Notes: a model not told the origin generated them from the sequence alone. Positions 12,255 to 25,414 are shown, counted from the first letter of the stretch. The stretch: 43,121 nt of DNA from Bigelowiella natans CCMP2755 (GCA_000320545.1 ADNK01001132.1:1-43121); one strand, 5' to 3'. Made by a program: numbers and translations.

Positions 12255-12626
12255 TCACACAAATGTCACCAAAATGTGATTGAAGTGCATCATGCATGAC
12301 AATTGCAATGCTGTCCACGACGGTGCTTGGGCACATTCGAGCTGATGCGCTGCGCAAAATTTTTTTCCAACGTGTCCTTTGCCGCACCACTCGCACCAAT
12401 GTTTGTGTCCACTGGAGCTGCCACTTTTGTGTGGATTGATGAGTTTCCTGAGCTCTTGGAACCCGGCGTCTGGTGTGACATGATCATTTCGCCTGCCAAG
12501 TGTCTGAAAACAACTGTGAAAAAACGCCAAATTTTTCCGTTCAAGTGCGTCTGTCCTGGCAAATTTCAGCCCGCCTGAGAAAGCTCTCAGCTCCTGAACC
12601 TCATCAGATGAGTCATCAGAATCCAT
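12255..12626 (-). pseudogene. Relic ORF with C2HC/C2H2-like zinc finger, possibly transposon-derived
   Basis: HWCEWCGKGHVGKKFCAAHQLEC has C-x2-C-x12-H-x3-C spacing. The 123 aa ORF contains no Tyr. Confidence 0.5.
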
Positions 12627-12989
12627 GTCTGATCACATTGCACCAGGATTCTCTGAAAAACAGTTGGAACAAGCAGCACTTCTTCCACGTTGCTCCCTGT
12701 GCACTCCCCCATGTGATTGACCCAAGCTAGCAAGTGTGAGCACGAGGAGTCACAATCGTGCCAGGAAGACCCTTCATCTCCACGTCATCCATGCCTGGTT
12801 CTCCATTCACACATTTCCAACAAGCACACACAAATGAAAATTTTCAACACAACGATTGTCACGAATTGCACACACACGCACACTCACACCACACACGTGC
12901 ACGCATGTTGTTCGTTGTTCTCACCCTTCTTCCATGAGCGCCTCCATGAAATCCGAATGCTCCTTCCACACTTCTTCACAAGTTGGTTC

Positions 12990-13250
12990 TGGCCCGTCTC
13001 CTGGCCAAACCATCAGTCTGCGATGCATTTCAACCCAGCTTCTTGCCGATTTTTGCAACAGCTCGCCTCTCCCTGCGCCGATCAAGCAGCTGCTCACTCA
13101 AGATGCGGCTCAAGTGTGGACAGAGGAGCACGACAAAAGTTTGGCTGCATTGAAAGACGTGCTGAAGAAGGCAGCATCACGTGTGCCTGATCACGAAGCT
13201 GTTTCCATGAGCCAGCCCTTCATGCTTGATGCTGACGTGTCACGTGGTCC
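12990..13250 (+). mobile_element. Ty3/gypsy-type LTR retrotransposon pol fragment (RT-RNase H connection), degenerate
   Basis: APIKQLLTQDAAQVWTEEHDKSLAALKDVLKKAASRVPDH..QPFMLDADVS matches the gypsy pattern aPL..Ll.k...f.Wt.e...aF..LK..l.....L..PD....F.l.tDAS. No LTRs or other domains are recognisable. Confidence 0.75.
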
Positions 13251-13677
13251 GAGCAAGACTCTGGTCTTGACAGAGTCAGGGGCATCAACACACTGATTTG
13301 TTTGAGATGATTTCAGGATTTCGGTCTGATTGTTTGGGACACTTTTGTTCAAAACAAGGAAGAAGAAAGAGGGGGAAGAAGATGAAGAAGATTTCATGTC
13401 ATTGATTTTTGTGATGAGATTTTGGAAGCCACAAACATCTGGTTTTTTTTGTCAAAATTGTCATCATCATCCATCCATCCATCCATCCATCCATCCATCC
13501 CGTTGTGTGAGCGAACAGAAAGAAGAAGAAGAAGAAGAAGAAGACCACCAAGGCCGAAACCCAACTCACCGTCGGAACCCACATGGACGTCTCTTCTGCG
13601 GTCCATTGCCTTGAAACCCAACAACCTCTGTTTGTGTAACAACAGCTCTCTCAAAACGGAACCCAACAACGCCTTGC

Positions 13678-14037
13678 ATGCTGCCTGAATGGCTCCGACC
13701 AAAGATCGGTTGCCTCAAAGCGAAAGGATTCCTTGTCCATCGTATCACCTCGGGTCGAATCTGGGATGAGGTAGAATACTTTGGCGTTCGCACGAAGTGA
13801 AGCCACATTATTTCTGTGATTTTGCAATCCAGGCGGATGTGTGGGATCGCTTTGTGGTTTCTGTGCCAATGGCAGACAGGGCCTTTAATGTGGAGGTTGT
13901 GTGCGATGCCAGAGATCCCATGCTCCCTCCCGACTTCATATTAGGTAGTGTGTAGATTAGGATTTCATGAATCAAGCAGTAATTTTGTCGTATGCACCCC
14001 CTCCCCTTCACGTACGCACGCCAGCAGCATCTCCGCA

Positions 14038-14087
<50 letters not shown>

Positions 14088-15009
14088 ACACACACAAACT
14101 CACAAATACCGCAAATAGGCGAAGATATATTGGATCCGCATAAGCTCGTCGCTGAGTTGGCGGAGATGTGGAATCCTGAGCGAGATGATGCTTTGGTTGA
14201 AGCCTCGTACTTATGCCGGAGAGCCGTTCAGGGTCGACATCGAGAAAAAGCAAAAACGCTGATGGTAGTTGTGATTTAAATTACAGAAATGATCTCAACA
14301 AGAATATAGATGTAGCTCACCAATATAACTCAGCATACGATATTTACTTTCAGACAAAAAATGAGATTGCGAAGCAAAATTGGACGTTGATGTTGTCCCA
14401 TGATCCTGATGTGGAGATTATTGTTGAGGCGAACAAAAAAGTAAGCATTCTCAGCAATATACAGTGAATCCGGAGCATTATTCATTTTGTCAAGTACAGA
14501 ATATACAAAACATAAAGCCCCTAAAAACAAGATATTCTTACTTAACATGTAGGGAGAAGAACTGGCCCGAATTTCATTTTCCCTCCCAATTATCGGCCTG
14601 AGTTCTGATCTTAGGGAAGTCTGCGGCTGGACAACAGGCGATGAATCAATCAAATCGACACTCAGATCGCTAAAATTGGTCGCCAAATTTGATATAGATG
14701 GCAAGAGTAAAAGAGCACCGATTTTGAAGATTTATCCATATGACCGGAAAGTTCAAGATTTGCTCCCTTCGCTGCCCGCTACGATTAAATTTTTACGAGG
14801 GTACTTGCCGTCGTCTCGACACTTTCTTATGTTCATGAAACTCAGACATAATTTATGCTGCACATTACCTGTGTGTGTGTGTGTGTGTGTGTGTGAACGT
14901 CATCCGAGTTACATATGATGCTGCTATATAACGATAAAATAGTGACTTGGTGACGGACCACAAGGATCGAATCCAACGAAAGATACGACGGGTTTCACAG
15001 CAAAGCACG

Positions 15010-15045
<36 letters not shown>

Positions 15046-15754
15046 TTGTTTTCTTGCATGCAGTTACGTAACTTCTCAGTATTGCAAATCCTTGCATTTT
15101 ACTTTTATTCATTTAGATTTTGAAATCCGTACAAGACAGAGGGGTTATACGGAAAAGTCTAGTCCAGAGGCTAATAGAGCAGGTTTTCTTCACAAATTTA
15201 TGAAAGGAGACTACAGATGTCAAAATTGTGCGTACGCACGGAGAGAATCTGAACGAAATAAACATATTACTGTTTACATATTTTGACGGATATCTGTTTT
15301 GTTTGTTAGCTAGGAGACCCATGTTTCACGGACACAGACAACTTCTTCACCGTGTCATTTTTTGACCACGCCTCTGATTTCAGGGCGGCCATCATACTTC
15401 ACGTAGAAACTCAACTTATATCTTTATTGCCCGTATTCTTTTATTTTAGCAATGATTTTCTCTCTAATTCAGATTACTTTGAATGGAGGGTATCCTGAAT
15501 CTAAGCCTGTTGTAGAAATAGTTGAGTTGCAAGAACCAGAAGTAATCGTTTCACGGCTTGATTGCGGGTTCATAAGAAAGGCGAAGAGAAACTCTGATGT
15601 GCCAAGAAGCGATGCAACAAAAATCTCGGCTGCTATCCGACGGATTTGCGCGAAGATGGTTGAATGCAATGCAGAACAGGTCGAGCCTGCTCTCAAAAGA
15701 CCACTCGAGATGGGAACTGCTGAGAAAAGTGACAAAAGACTGCGGCGATTTTGA
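13678..15754 (+). CDS. BABAM2: BRISC and BRCA1-A complex member 2 (BRE/BRCC45) homolog, multi-exon
   Basis: Exon 1 13678-13770. Exon 2 from 13833 reads ADVWDRFVVSVPMADRAFNVEVVCDARDPMLPPDFIL | GEDILDP..EMWNPE, comparable to the BRE N-terminus DRFklhiPya....PPDFIFGED...WNP. The last exon ITLNGGYPESKPVVEI resembles the second UEV repeat. Confidence 0.75.
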
Positions 15755-16488
15755 GGAGTCAAATGTACGTGTCACATGACAACCAATGGGATTGGTGGCT
15801 TGCATATAGAATCACCGAATTCCACATGTGTGTTGTACATGAACGCTGCCATGAACTAGTGAACAATGATCTGGCCAGATACCCGTGCGTCCCGGCGGCG
15901 CGGCCATGCGGCCCGAGTTGCCAAGCAATCCTAGAATCGTGCGCTGCACGTGCTCGCATCACAGGCTAGCAGGGTTTGATTGAGTTGTGGACACGATGCT
16001 ACACATACGCACATCATGTCTCTAGAACTAGCAGACAGCGCGCGACTGTCTAGACTATAGAGAGTGGATGCTCAGTGAACGCCAGACGCATGTCGCATCA
16101 TCACACGCGCGCCTACCACAACTAGACATCTGATGGTGCAGCTACGTCGCACATATATTGATTCATGCCATCATTGCGCTGATATGGATCGAATGCTCTC
16201 ATGAGAAATCTAACTGTAAGCGCAATTAAGTAGCGTTTTACTGCATTAGTTGGCACAATCGACGCCTGGACGCCACACAGCACCATGCAGGTAATGCTAG
16301 AGTGTGTACTAGTCGTACAATAGCAGACAGATCAGCGCTTCTAGCATCAATCGCGCGAAATACTCTATCTCTGCTATGTTTAATCACTATATTTTCTTCC
16401 TGGCTGCATCTATCTAGTAAACATATCTACATTTTGAACGTTCTTTTCACAACGGTCATAGCAAGTTTCACATCTAGGCTAATTAATA

Positions 16489-17181
16489 TCACTTATTAAG
16501 ACCAGCGATGAACCCTTTGCTCTCTTTTGACTGAAAAATATAAATTTCGTCACTATTTATCTCACCCCAGAGAAAAACGAGAACCTTTTGGTAGGCAGTG
16601 CTGGATACATTCTTTCTTGGTCTTTTTGAAAACCTGGATTGGTATTCGGAAAGATGTACGGTGATGAACCAGCATATTCACCAATACTTTAACACTCACC
16701 CTAATTTTGACATCTCCTCCTTTTCCATTAAGCCCCTAATATATATGAAGAGTTATATTAGAAATGTACGAGTTATTGGATATTGGGAAAGCATTTATGT
16801 CGTCATATTACGCGTCCATACGGCATTGTAGATAACTCTTGGATTTGTCCAAACATTCAATATGAGCTCCATCCTTTGCCTTAAGACACTAGAGGAACGT
16901 TATATTAGTCCATGACATGAATCACAAAACTCCATTACCTTCAAATATGCTACTCTAAACCTCTTGCATTCACCAAAATGGTCCAAAGGAAAGCTGCCCT
17001 GAAATACGGAGAAAACTCATTTGGAGCCTATGAGAACCCCATTCGCCCTGGCATGTCACCCACTTTACTCTTCTTCTTCTCCTTCTTCTCCTTCTTCTTC
17101 TTCTTCTTCTTCTCTGTGTTGTTTATTTATAAATGCCTTAAGTGGGGGTGTAGGATTCAAAGAACGGGCTGGACTAGACAT
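16489..17181 (-). CDS. COX19: Cytochrome c oxidase assembly factor COX19 (twin CX9C), 6 exons; absent from the ORF track
   Basis: MSSPARSLNPTPPLK (17181-17137) | GSFPLDHFGECKRFRVAYLK (16998-16939) | CLKAKDGAHIECLDKSKSYLQCRMDA (16888-16812) | GLMEKEEMSKLG | FSKRPRKNVSSTAYQK | SKESKGFIAGLNK*. It carries the PPxKGSFPLDH, twin CX9C and YLQCRMD signatures. Confidence 0.92.
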
Positions 17182-17242
17182 CCTTATTTCCGGCCGCTAT
17201 CAGTGTCTGGCCCTGTCGTCGCTCTTCTCTTCTTCGCCAAGG

Positions 17243-17305
<63 letters not shown>

Positions 17306-17547
17306 ACTCTCTCTAAACGGAGAGAGAAGAAAGAGAGTGGAATGTGGCAGGAAAATTATGAGAGGAGGTCGGTCGGTCAGCTCGCACCATGGTAATTTCA
17401 GCATGCGACAATGATGATGACGATGATACTGATACAAATACCGTGGTATTTTCTGTATGCGACAACAATGATCGATGCTGCTAATTTATTGGTACCAGTA
17501 GTAGTTAAGACTACTAGCACGAGCGAGCACACGTCGTGGTTGTAGAC

Positions 17548-18060
17548 ATGAACGTTCTTAAGGGCTGGGCTGCACAGCAGATAGCAAGGTAGTGCTATGA
17601 AGCTTGCAATAAAGCTTTAAAGAAACTATTCCATATTTCCTATTGTGCCTTCATAAGAGATAGAGAAAATTTCTGTGTTTCCTATTGTGCGACGGACGAC
17701 GAAAACAAAACATACGACGAGCCCTCCTCAAGCTCCTCAATATATGCGCTGTTTCATTTCTCTTTTCTCCGGCAGCCTGATGGGCATGGCGATTAACGAG
17801 GTTGGCGAAATCGTGGAATTTGTTTCACAAGTAGAGGATGAAAATATATGGGACAATTGCAAGGTTGAAGTCGAAGTTTCTACTGTTTTGGAGGTGTACG
17901 TACTGATGATATGTTCAACCATTTCTTCAGGGTATTCTTGGGGAAAATAAAGGAGTTCAAGGTAGAAATAGAAGAATGCGTTTTTTTTTTTACTTTGTGC
18001 TTCATCCAAATAGTCCTTTCGAGATTCGTATCAAAATGAAAATCAAATCCAAATGGTAGG

Positions 18061-18107
<47 letters not shown>

Positions 18108-18650
18108 TGTAAATTATATACATATACAAATATGTACATATGTTAGTAGCATTTTATACCTTTTTCATATTTTGTAATTCTTCTGTGATGAAAAATTTTC
18201 CGTCTCTAGCATTTGTAAATGAATTCAAGAGAAGAAGACAGTTAGTGCTCGGAAAGGTACAAATAACTGGATGAAAAAACTGTAGATTTCCAACGTTGTA
18301 AATGTAGTTCATTGCGCAGACTGATGATATCGAAACGACGAATAGTCTGGAGACAACAACGACACATGATGAGCAGCCGAGGAGGATACGTCGAGAAAAG
18401 CGAATTAGCGATGATCGCAGTGCGGGGAAGAAACAAGGGAGGAGCTCCAAATCTCCTCGAAAGTGTTAAGGAGATATTGAGAAAAGAGAGAGGGAGAGAA
18501 AGAAGGGGGGGAGGGGGGGGGGCACAACCCGTATACAGCAAGAGCATGTGACAATTTGGCAGCTACTATTTGAATTCGTTTTGCTGATTAAGGTGATCAA
18601 TATTTGAAGATCACTACTACTACTACCTGACAGTAGTAGTAGTCTAGGGA

Positions 18651-18684
<34 letters not shown>

Positions 18685-20830
18685 CGATGATGATAATGAT
18701 GTCACCAGTGTTCATTTGTTAGGTCAAACGTAGTATCCGTCGAGCATTCCAGATTCGCAACAATAAAGTGAGACGCGCAATTGTAAATAAGAAGAACGAA
18801 AAAATAAAAGCACCACCATGACGACTCCAGTGGCAAACATTAGTGCTCTAATTTCTAGGTACACAAAGAAAAAAGGAAAGCGCAAAGGAAAGAAAGGCAC
18901 GAATTCTGCTGGGGGCAGCAAAGAAAAAAATTACGATCCTAAACAGCGAGTAAAGGTTAGAAGAGAGGAGGCAAACAACACTGAGATCAGATCTGATATC
19001 CCCTTAATAAGTAGTATGATATTATATTATATGATATGATATGATATGATAGTAGATTGTGTGGTTGCTGAATTAGCAGCTGTTCCACTGAATGCCGGGA
19101 AGAAAAGAAGTGAATCGCATACACACAACAGGGCGGGGGGGGGGGAGAGGACTTTTAATAAGTAGTAATTCGCTGGTCAGTTGACTGGTGAATGTTAAGC
19201 AACACTACTTTTTGAAATATCAACAGTGTCAATGCCTGGCTACTCGGCATGCTCTATTCTCCAATTGTACTGTTTGCGGAAGAATCGTTTGCGAGAAGGA
19301 AGGGTCAGTAATTCATGATGCCAAAAGATGCTGCAATGGTGATGCTGCTGTTAAATTTTACTACTACTACAACTACTACTACTACTACTACTACTACTAC
19401 CTACTTATATTGTGGTGTGTTGTCATCTTTTCAAAACATTTTCCCCCTTTTATCCACCACTTCCTCTTCATCCTCGTTTCCTTAGGGAAGGACCTTGTTT
19501 TTTCTGTGGAAGTTTTGTTTCAAAAGGCAAGTTACTAGAAAAAGCAGTAGCAGCTAGTTGTGATGGTAGCAGAATCATTAATGTGCTGGTTGTTTGTTGA
19601 CGTCATATCGTTGATATATCAGTTTGCTGCACTACCTGTAAGTTTACCTGTTTTTTTTCCCTTCCTCTTCTTGTTTTTCTTCTCTTTTGACGAGCATAGA
19701 AAATACAATTCCAAACCTGGAGTTTATCAAGGAGCTTAGCCAAGGGGCCATCTTAAAGCAAAAGAAACTAGACGTCCAAAAGTACCAGTAGTCGTAGAAG
19801 TATCAGTAGTAGTAGTAGTAATAGTAGTAGTAGTAGTGGTAGTAGTAATAGTAGTAGTAGTTATGGTAGTGGTAGTAGCAGCAAATAGAACATCTACCTT
19901 CTAACTTGATTTTTTATTCTGCAGTATCATCATCATTACCATCATTACCATCATCATCATCATCATCAATGGACATGATATCATGCAATCAGACACCTCG
20001 ATGCAATCGGAAGAAGAGAGCAGATTATCAAATTCTCCCAGGAAGAATCTCGTACCCGCATCATAGATGATCAGGCAATATGAAGATAAACCATGCACGA
20101 CATCGCTAAATTAACAACTACTACTACAATATATTTTGAATGTGATGATCTACCAGCATTCTTGCTATTTTTATGGATGATAAAGAACGAAAATGGTGAG
20201 GTATTTGAGAAAGAAAGAATTGGTGAAGATTGGTATGTTAAGTTTTCTGTACTTATTAATGTCTTTGCTATAGGGAGATTACTATGATCACGGAAATATA
20301 TGGCTTGATAAAGATGAAAAGGAAGTTGCTGAAGAACTCAAGAAGCAAAAGGTCTGTTTCTTCTCCTTCTTCTTCTTCTTCTTCTTCGTCTTCTTCTGCT
20401 ACTGCTACTACTACCTCAACTATTTTCTACTCTTTACATATCATACACTATGATGGTACATGACATCTTCTTCTGCTATTTACTACTCTTTACATATCAT
20501 AAACTATGGCACTTGACATCTTCTTCTTCTCGTCGTATTTGCTGTTATTTTTGTGGTTTCATCGTCGTTTGACAAGGTGCTATTGACTACATTATACAGA
20601 TTGAGCAGGAAGAACGAAAGCGTAGCACAACAACAGTCACCATCGATTTTCTGGAAGGAAAGGTATCATTAGTACCATCATCATCATCACCACCATCCAT
20701 TGCTGACTGAAGGGAGGGAATAATAGAACTAGTAGCAATAATTTATCATGTTATCATGTTTCAACGGATAGATCAAACACCACTTCACGGTCATGTTAAT
20801 GCAATTGATTTAGCAGCGGGATATCAATGT

Positions 20831-20865
<35 letters not shown>

Positions 20866-22259
20866 TGTAGAACGTATTATATAGTCATTCATCACACTGA
20901 TGATTCGTTCTTCCACTCGTTGTCTTGTTCAACGACAATAATAAATAACAAAAGGTTATCGAGAATAATAAAGATTATTACGACTTATCAAATTCAAGAC
21001 TTAAGCAAATGAAAGCACAAGAGCTCCTCAAAAGGAAGAAGGTAAAGTAGCGATGGGATTTGGGGAAAAGTTGGTACTAGACAGAGTGGAGAGGTCGGTT
21101 GATATCAAAATAGAGGAGGAGAAGGAGGAGGAGGGGGGGAAGGAGGAGGAGGAGGAGAAGATGGCTAGAGTCATCATCATCATTATCATCATCATCATCA
21201 TCTCCTCATTATCCTTATCATAATCATCATCACTCAAAAGAAAACCGCCGTAATTTGGAAATAGGAAATTAATTTATACAAAATTATATTATTACTTAAC
21301 ATGGGATCAATTCTCCTTTTCTTCTCGCTTTCGGTCCCCCACTGCATTATTGTTCTTCTTCTTCTTCTTCTACATTCTTAAACGAAGACACTAATGATAA
21401 TCCATTAGAGCAAGAAAAGCAGCTCTAAAGATGACGATGATGATGTCAAAAACAATGGAAGAGGAGCAGCCAACGGGTATTAACAATAATAATATCTCTA
21501 TCTCCAACTGCTACTGCTACTACTACTACTACTACTACTACTATTACTGCTACAAGTTTCTACTACTACTCTATAAGAGAAGAAGTCTAAAAGGAACACG
21601 TATGCATTAGCAATAATGATGTGTGCGTGTGTGTGTGTTTGTGTGTGTTACTTACAACAAGGATTTACGCTAATCGCACTTTGACTGGCCGAGCAGAGCA
21701 GGTTTATGCTTTCCTGAGGCAAGCGGTCAGCGATCTAAAAACAAAACATCGTAATATACAACAACTGCAACCCAAACACGGACATAAAGGAGGAGGAGGA
21801 GGAGGAGGAGGAGGAGGAGGAGGAAGAATATCAGGAAATACAACACAAGTGGTGGCACCTTCGAAGGTGCGATATTTATCATACATTGTACTCATCTTTA
21901 GGAATTTCCTGTTTAAAATCTTTTCGTACGCGTAGCTCTTTTTCCTCTTTTTGGTTTTCTTGACGTTTAAATAGTGAAAGAAGATCTATCCTCATATAAT
22001 CACTTCTACGCACATATTAAGACTTTTCTTCTTTCTTGGTGTTAATAACGCGCAAGCAGGATATGATATTGAGAATAGTAGTAATAAGATTTAGACTCCT
22101 TTAGAGGTAGGACGATAATAATGAGAAGTAGAATATGGAAACAACAAATGTTTCTTGTCTTAGATGATTTCTTTTATGCCCTAATGATTTACTTCAGGAG
22201 AAGATGGTGCTATCAGGAAGGGTACAGCATGACGATGAGCTTAAAATGGTGGTAGTAGA

Positions 22260-22291
<32 letters not shown>

Positions 22292-24433
22292 TAGCTACTT
22301 ATTTCATATGGGAAGGTCAATATTGCAGGAAAGAGAGGAGACAGCTATATTATAAGTGTGTTTGGAATTATAATAGTCCACGCACATTTTGTAAACATAT
22401 TATTTTTTGTGTTCTCATTCGCGATTTGTAAGTGTAGTAGTATTAAACTGCTTATTTTATATTTTATTCTTTCCTTCTCGATGTATTCGTGGTATATTCT
22501 ATCTTGATTAACACGCATTTGTGCATTTGTTTATGTTAATGATAACATGATGATGATGATTATGAATTAGTAGAAGCCTCCTCTACTTTTTGTAGTATTG
22601 TCGAGGTGGTGGATATATAATACCCTAATAGTTGACTTAGTACTTTTGTTATTGATATTCAGGATGATGACTACAAAGACGACAATTCCCACCAGCAGTC
22701 GTCTATTAATAGAATTGTAGAAAATGTAAGCAAGAAAACAAACGCTATCAACAACAATACCACGAAATCTGCTGCTGCTGCTGGTGGTGGTGGCTCTATT
22801 ACTTCCTCTCCTCCTCCTATGAGGTGGTACAACCAAAGGATGGCTTTCACAAACAAAGAGGATAAGGTAATTCTTGATAGCAAAAGTTGTTAAGAGTGAT
22901 GATGGTGGTGCTACTTACGAATTACTGGGGGCTAAGGAGGAGGAGAAAAAGTAGAAGAAACTTAACAAAGCAAATTAGTAGTAGTTGTTAAGATTTGTTA
23001 CTTTATTCGCTGAGTTTCTCAGCAGCAGCTTTGATCCCCTTAATGATGATGCCACGTATTCTTTTTTGACTTGTAGTAGTAGTAGTAGTAGTAGTAGAAG
23101 TAGTAGTAGTAGTAGAGTAATAACGGGAGGACGAGTAGCGGTATGGAAGAAGGAAGCATAAAAGACGAGAAAGTGAATTATTGCATTGGCTCAATGTTTA
23201 TTCTTCTATGTTGATTTGGGTTCATTTATTATCATCTGCCATCATCATCATCAACAACAACAACATCCATCATTATGTTCATTATCATTCTCAGGGAGTG
23301 TGTCTCTCCATGCATCAGCCCTGGTATTATTCCTTGCTAATGCATATTGATGTATCACTACCAACTATATAATATTATTTATAAGATTATCAAGTTACTT
23401 TCTGATTTTAATATGCAAATTACACCACGATGACAGCAACAACGACGATGACGACCGTGAATCTTGCATCGTCATTTCTATCACCGTGGACCTCCCAATA
23501 CTACTTTTTTCATTTTCGTAATAAAAAGATCAATAGTTATTATTGGTAAAGTGTTTGATTGTTGACGACAAACTAGGGCTTCATTGCTCGTAGCGGGGAT
23601 AAAAAGGTTTGAAGGAAGGAGTTGGACTTCTAATTATCGTGGGAGATTATGGATTGCCTCTGCTGCACGAATCCCATCTGAAGAAGAAGTAAAGGCCGTT
23701 CAAATTCAGTATCAGAAAATCTATTCAATGAGGTAGTAGAGACTTAATAATAAGGTTGTTCAACATGTAGATATCTTCATAGATTAGTGTTCAATTAGAC
23801 ATCATCATCATCATCATCATTTGAGTATGTTTCTAGTGGTTTCATATTTTTTATCTCGAGGTGATGATGAAACTCAGATATTGTGTCGTCGTCGTTGTTA
23901 ACAGTCCGGACATTCCTTTCCCGTCTTCATACCCTACTTCTGCGCTACTTGGCTGTGTGGATATGGTGGATTGTCTAGATCAAAGCGAATTCCAGCATTA
24001 CAGGTGGTGGTGGTGGTGCTGCTGCTGCTGCTGCTGCTGAAGTAGACGAGAGTAGTAGTAGTAGTAGCAGTAGTAGTAGTAGTAGTGGTAGTAAGTAGCA
24101 GTAGGAATAAGTTTTTCCATACGTGAACAACCCAAAAAAAAATAGTTTGCTTATATAATGTGTTTTATTCTTCAAATCGACATGTATAATCATCCTTATA
24201 TTTATGGGTTTAGTGAGTTCAACGTATCTCTACTTTTTCCTTGCTACTCTAGGAACAGGCATGCAGCAGATTTCGTAGAGGATTCTGAGTCGCAATACCT
24301 TTTCGTATGTCAAAATCCGCACACTGTTGCGTTACCACAAAGGGCAAAGGGCGGTCATAAGTTCTGGGATCTCTCTCCTGCTGTAGTACACGCAGTACAA
24401 AAAGGCTTGCAACCATCAAGCCAAGCATGGTGA
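17548..24433 (+). CDS. TRIP4: Activating signal cointegrator 1 (ASC-1) with zf-C2HC5 and C-terminal ASCH domain, many exons
   Basis: CQCLATRHALFSNCTVCGRIVCEKEG | EGPCFFCG (about 19227-19510); RTRIIDDQ | GDYY; VTIDFLEGK; GRVQHDD; ASCH domain CLSMHQP | WASLLVAGIKRFEGRSW..RGRLWIA; YPTSALLGCVD; GGHKFWDL..AW* at 24433. The start codon is the least certain part (there is an upstream exon near 17342). Confidence 0.88.
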
Positions 24434-25414
24434 TATAGGCGGGAAATACGCGAATAAATACTTGTGTTTAGTAATGATAAATTACTAGCGTCTGGAATTC
24501 ATACTGAGTACATACTATCTATTTTAGGCTTCAATCTGCACGAAAATATGCACGACAGACGCAGGGTACATAATCTCATGAGGAATCAGAGCCATATGAG
24601 GCCATGCCAACAAAATTGAAGTGTGTGCTATCTCTTTACTTGCAATGGCATAAGATATATGCTTTGTGAATATTTGACCTTTTTCCCATTACACGTGTTT
24701 GCTCGACAATTCCTTTTTTAATACACAAAGGTTATCAACCATTTTCCAAAGGTATCATTGCTTAGTTTGTGACGTTCACGCTGTTGCATGTGCACAGCAG
24801 TGGTTTGACGCAGCATTGCTAGATTGGTGCACATTGTTGACTACTGCACATCCTCGATCCGCTTATTCAGCGTCTCGATCTTCGCTGTGCGCTGTGCATC
24901 GCCAACACAGCAATTGCTTGTAGCCGCTGTAAGCATGTGAACAGTAGATAGTCTTAGTCTCATACTGTTGTGCCTGCGGTTTTGCAGTGACACTTTGCTT
25001 TGACTTTGTGCGCGCGCGCGACTGCGCTGGGTATTATTGCATATGGCCTGGCCAGAACTAATCGATCAGCACTAGATCGAGTAGCTTGCTGCTGGAGTTC
25101 TATAGTTCATCTAGTTCACGCATCAGTGAACTTTGATTCACTTTGTTGGTGCGCCACACTTGCAAAAGCTCTAGAGCTATGAGTTGGTAGCGCGTAAATT
25201 GTGGGTGGTCTGATCATCTTGCGCAAGACATCTAGAAGTGCAGCGTGTGGTGCGCTCGCCATGCTAGCTAGCATGTCACAATACTGTCTAGCTAATTCGC
25301 AAAAACACAGACGCATGCGAACACACACCATGAACTCCATTGCATATTTGGAACAGAATCACCAAACTAAGGTAACATTTGCAATGGGTGGAATCATGAC
25401 AAACTCTAATGGCT

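Larger units (their letters stand above)
11883..13636. other. TpA-depleted block B (contains TE relics)
   Basis: Manual count of 2 TpA in about 1750 bp (12032 cTAc, 12728 cTAg). Confidence 0.9.

Noticed and set aside
7947-13636. CpG-methylation decay or classical RIP as the cause of the TG/CA excess
   Set aside because: CpG is plentiful in these blocks and TpA is the missing dinucleotide. RIP would increase TpA.
20405-20530. About 55-bp imperfect tandem duplication in a TRIP4 intron (similar case at about 34215-34290)
   Set aside because: Two copies only, with no spacer structure. These are ordinary local duplications, not a CRISPR-like array.
22204-24433. A separate ASCH-domain gene
   Set aside because: Same strand and expected domain order as the upstream zf-C2HC5 exons, so best read as the 3' part of TRIP4.
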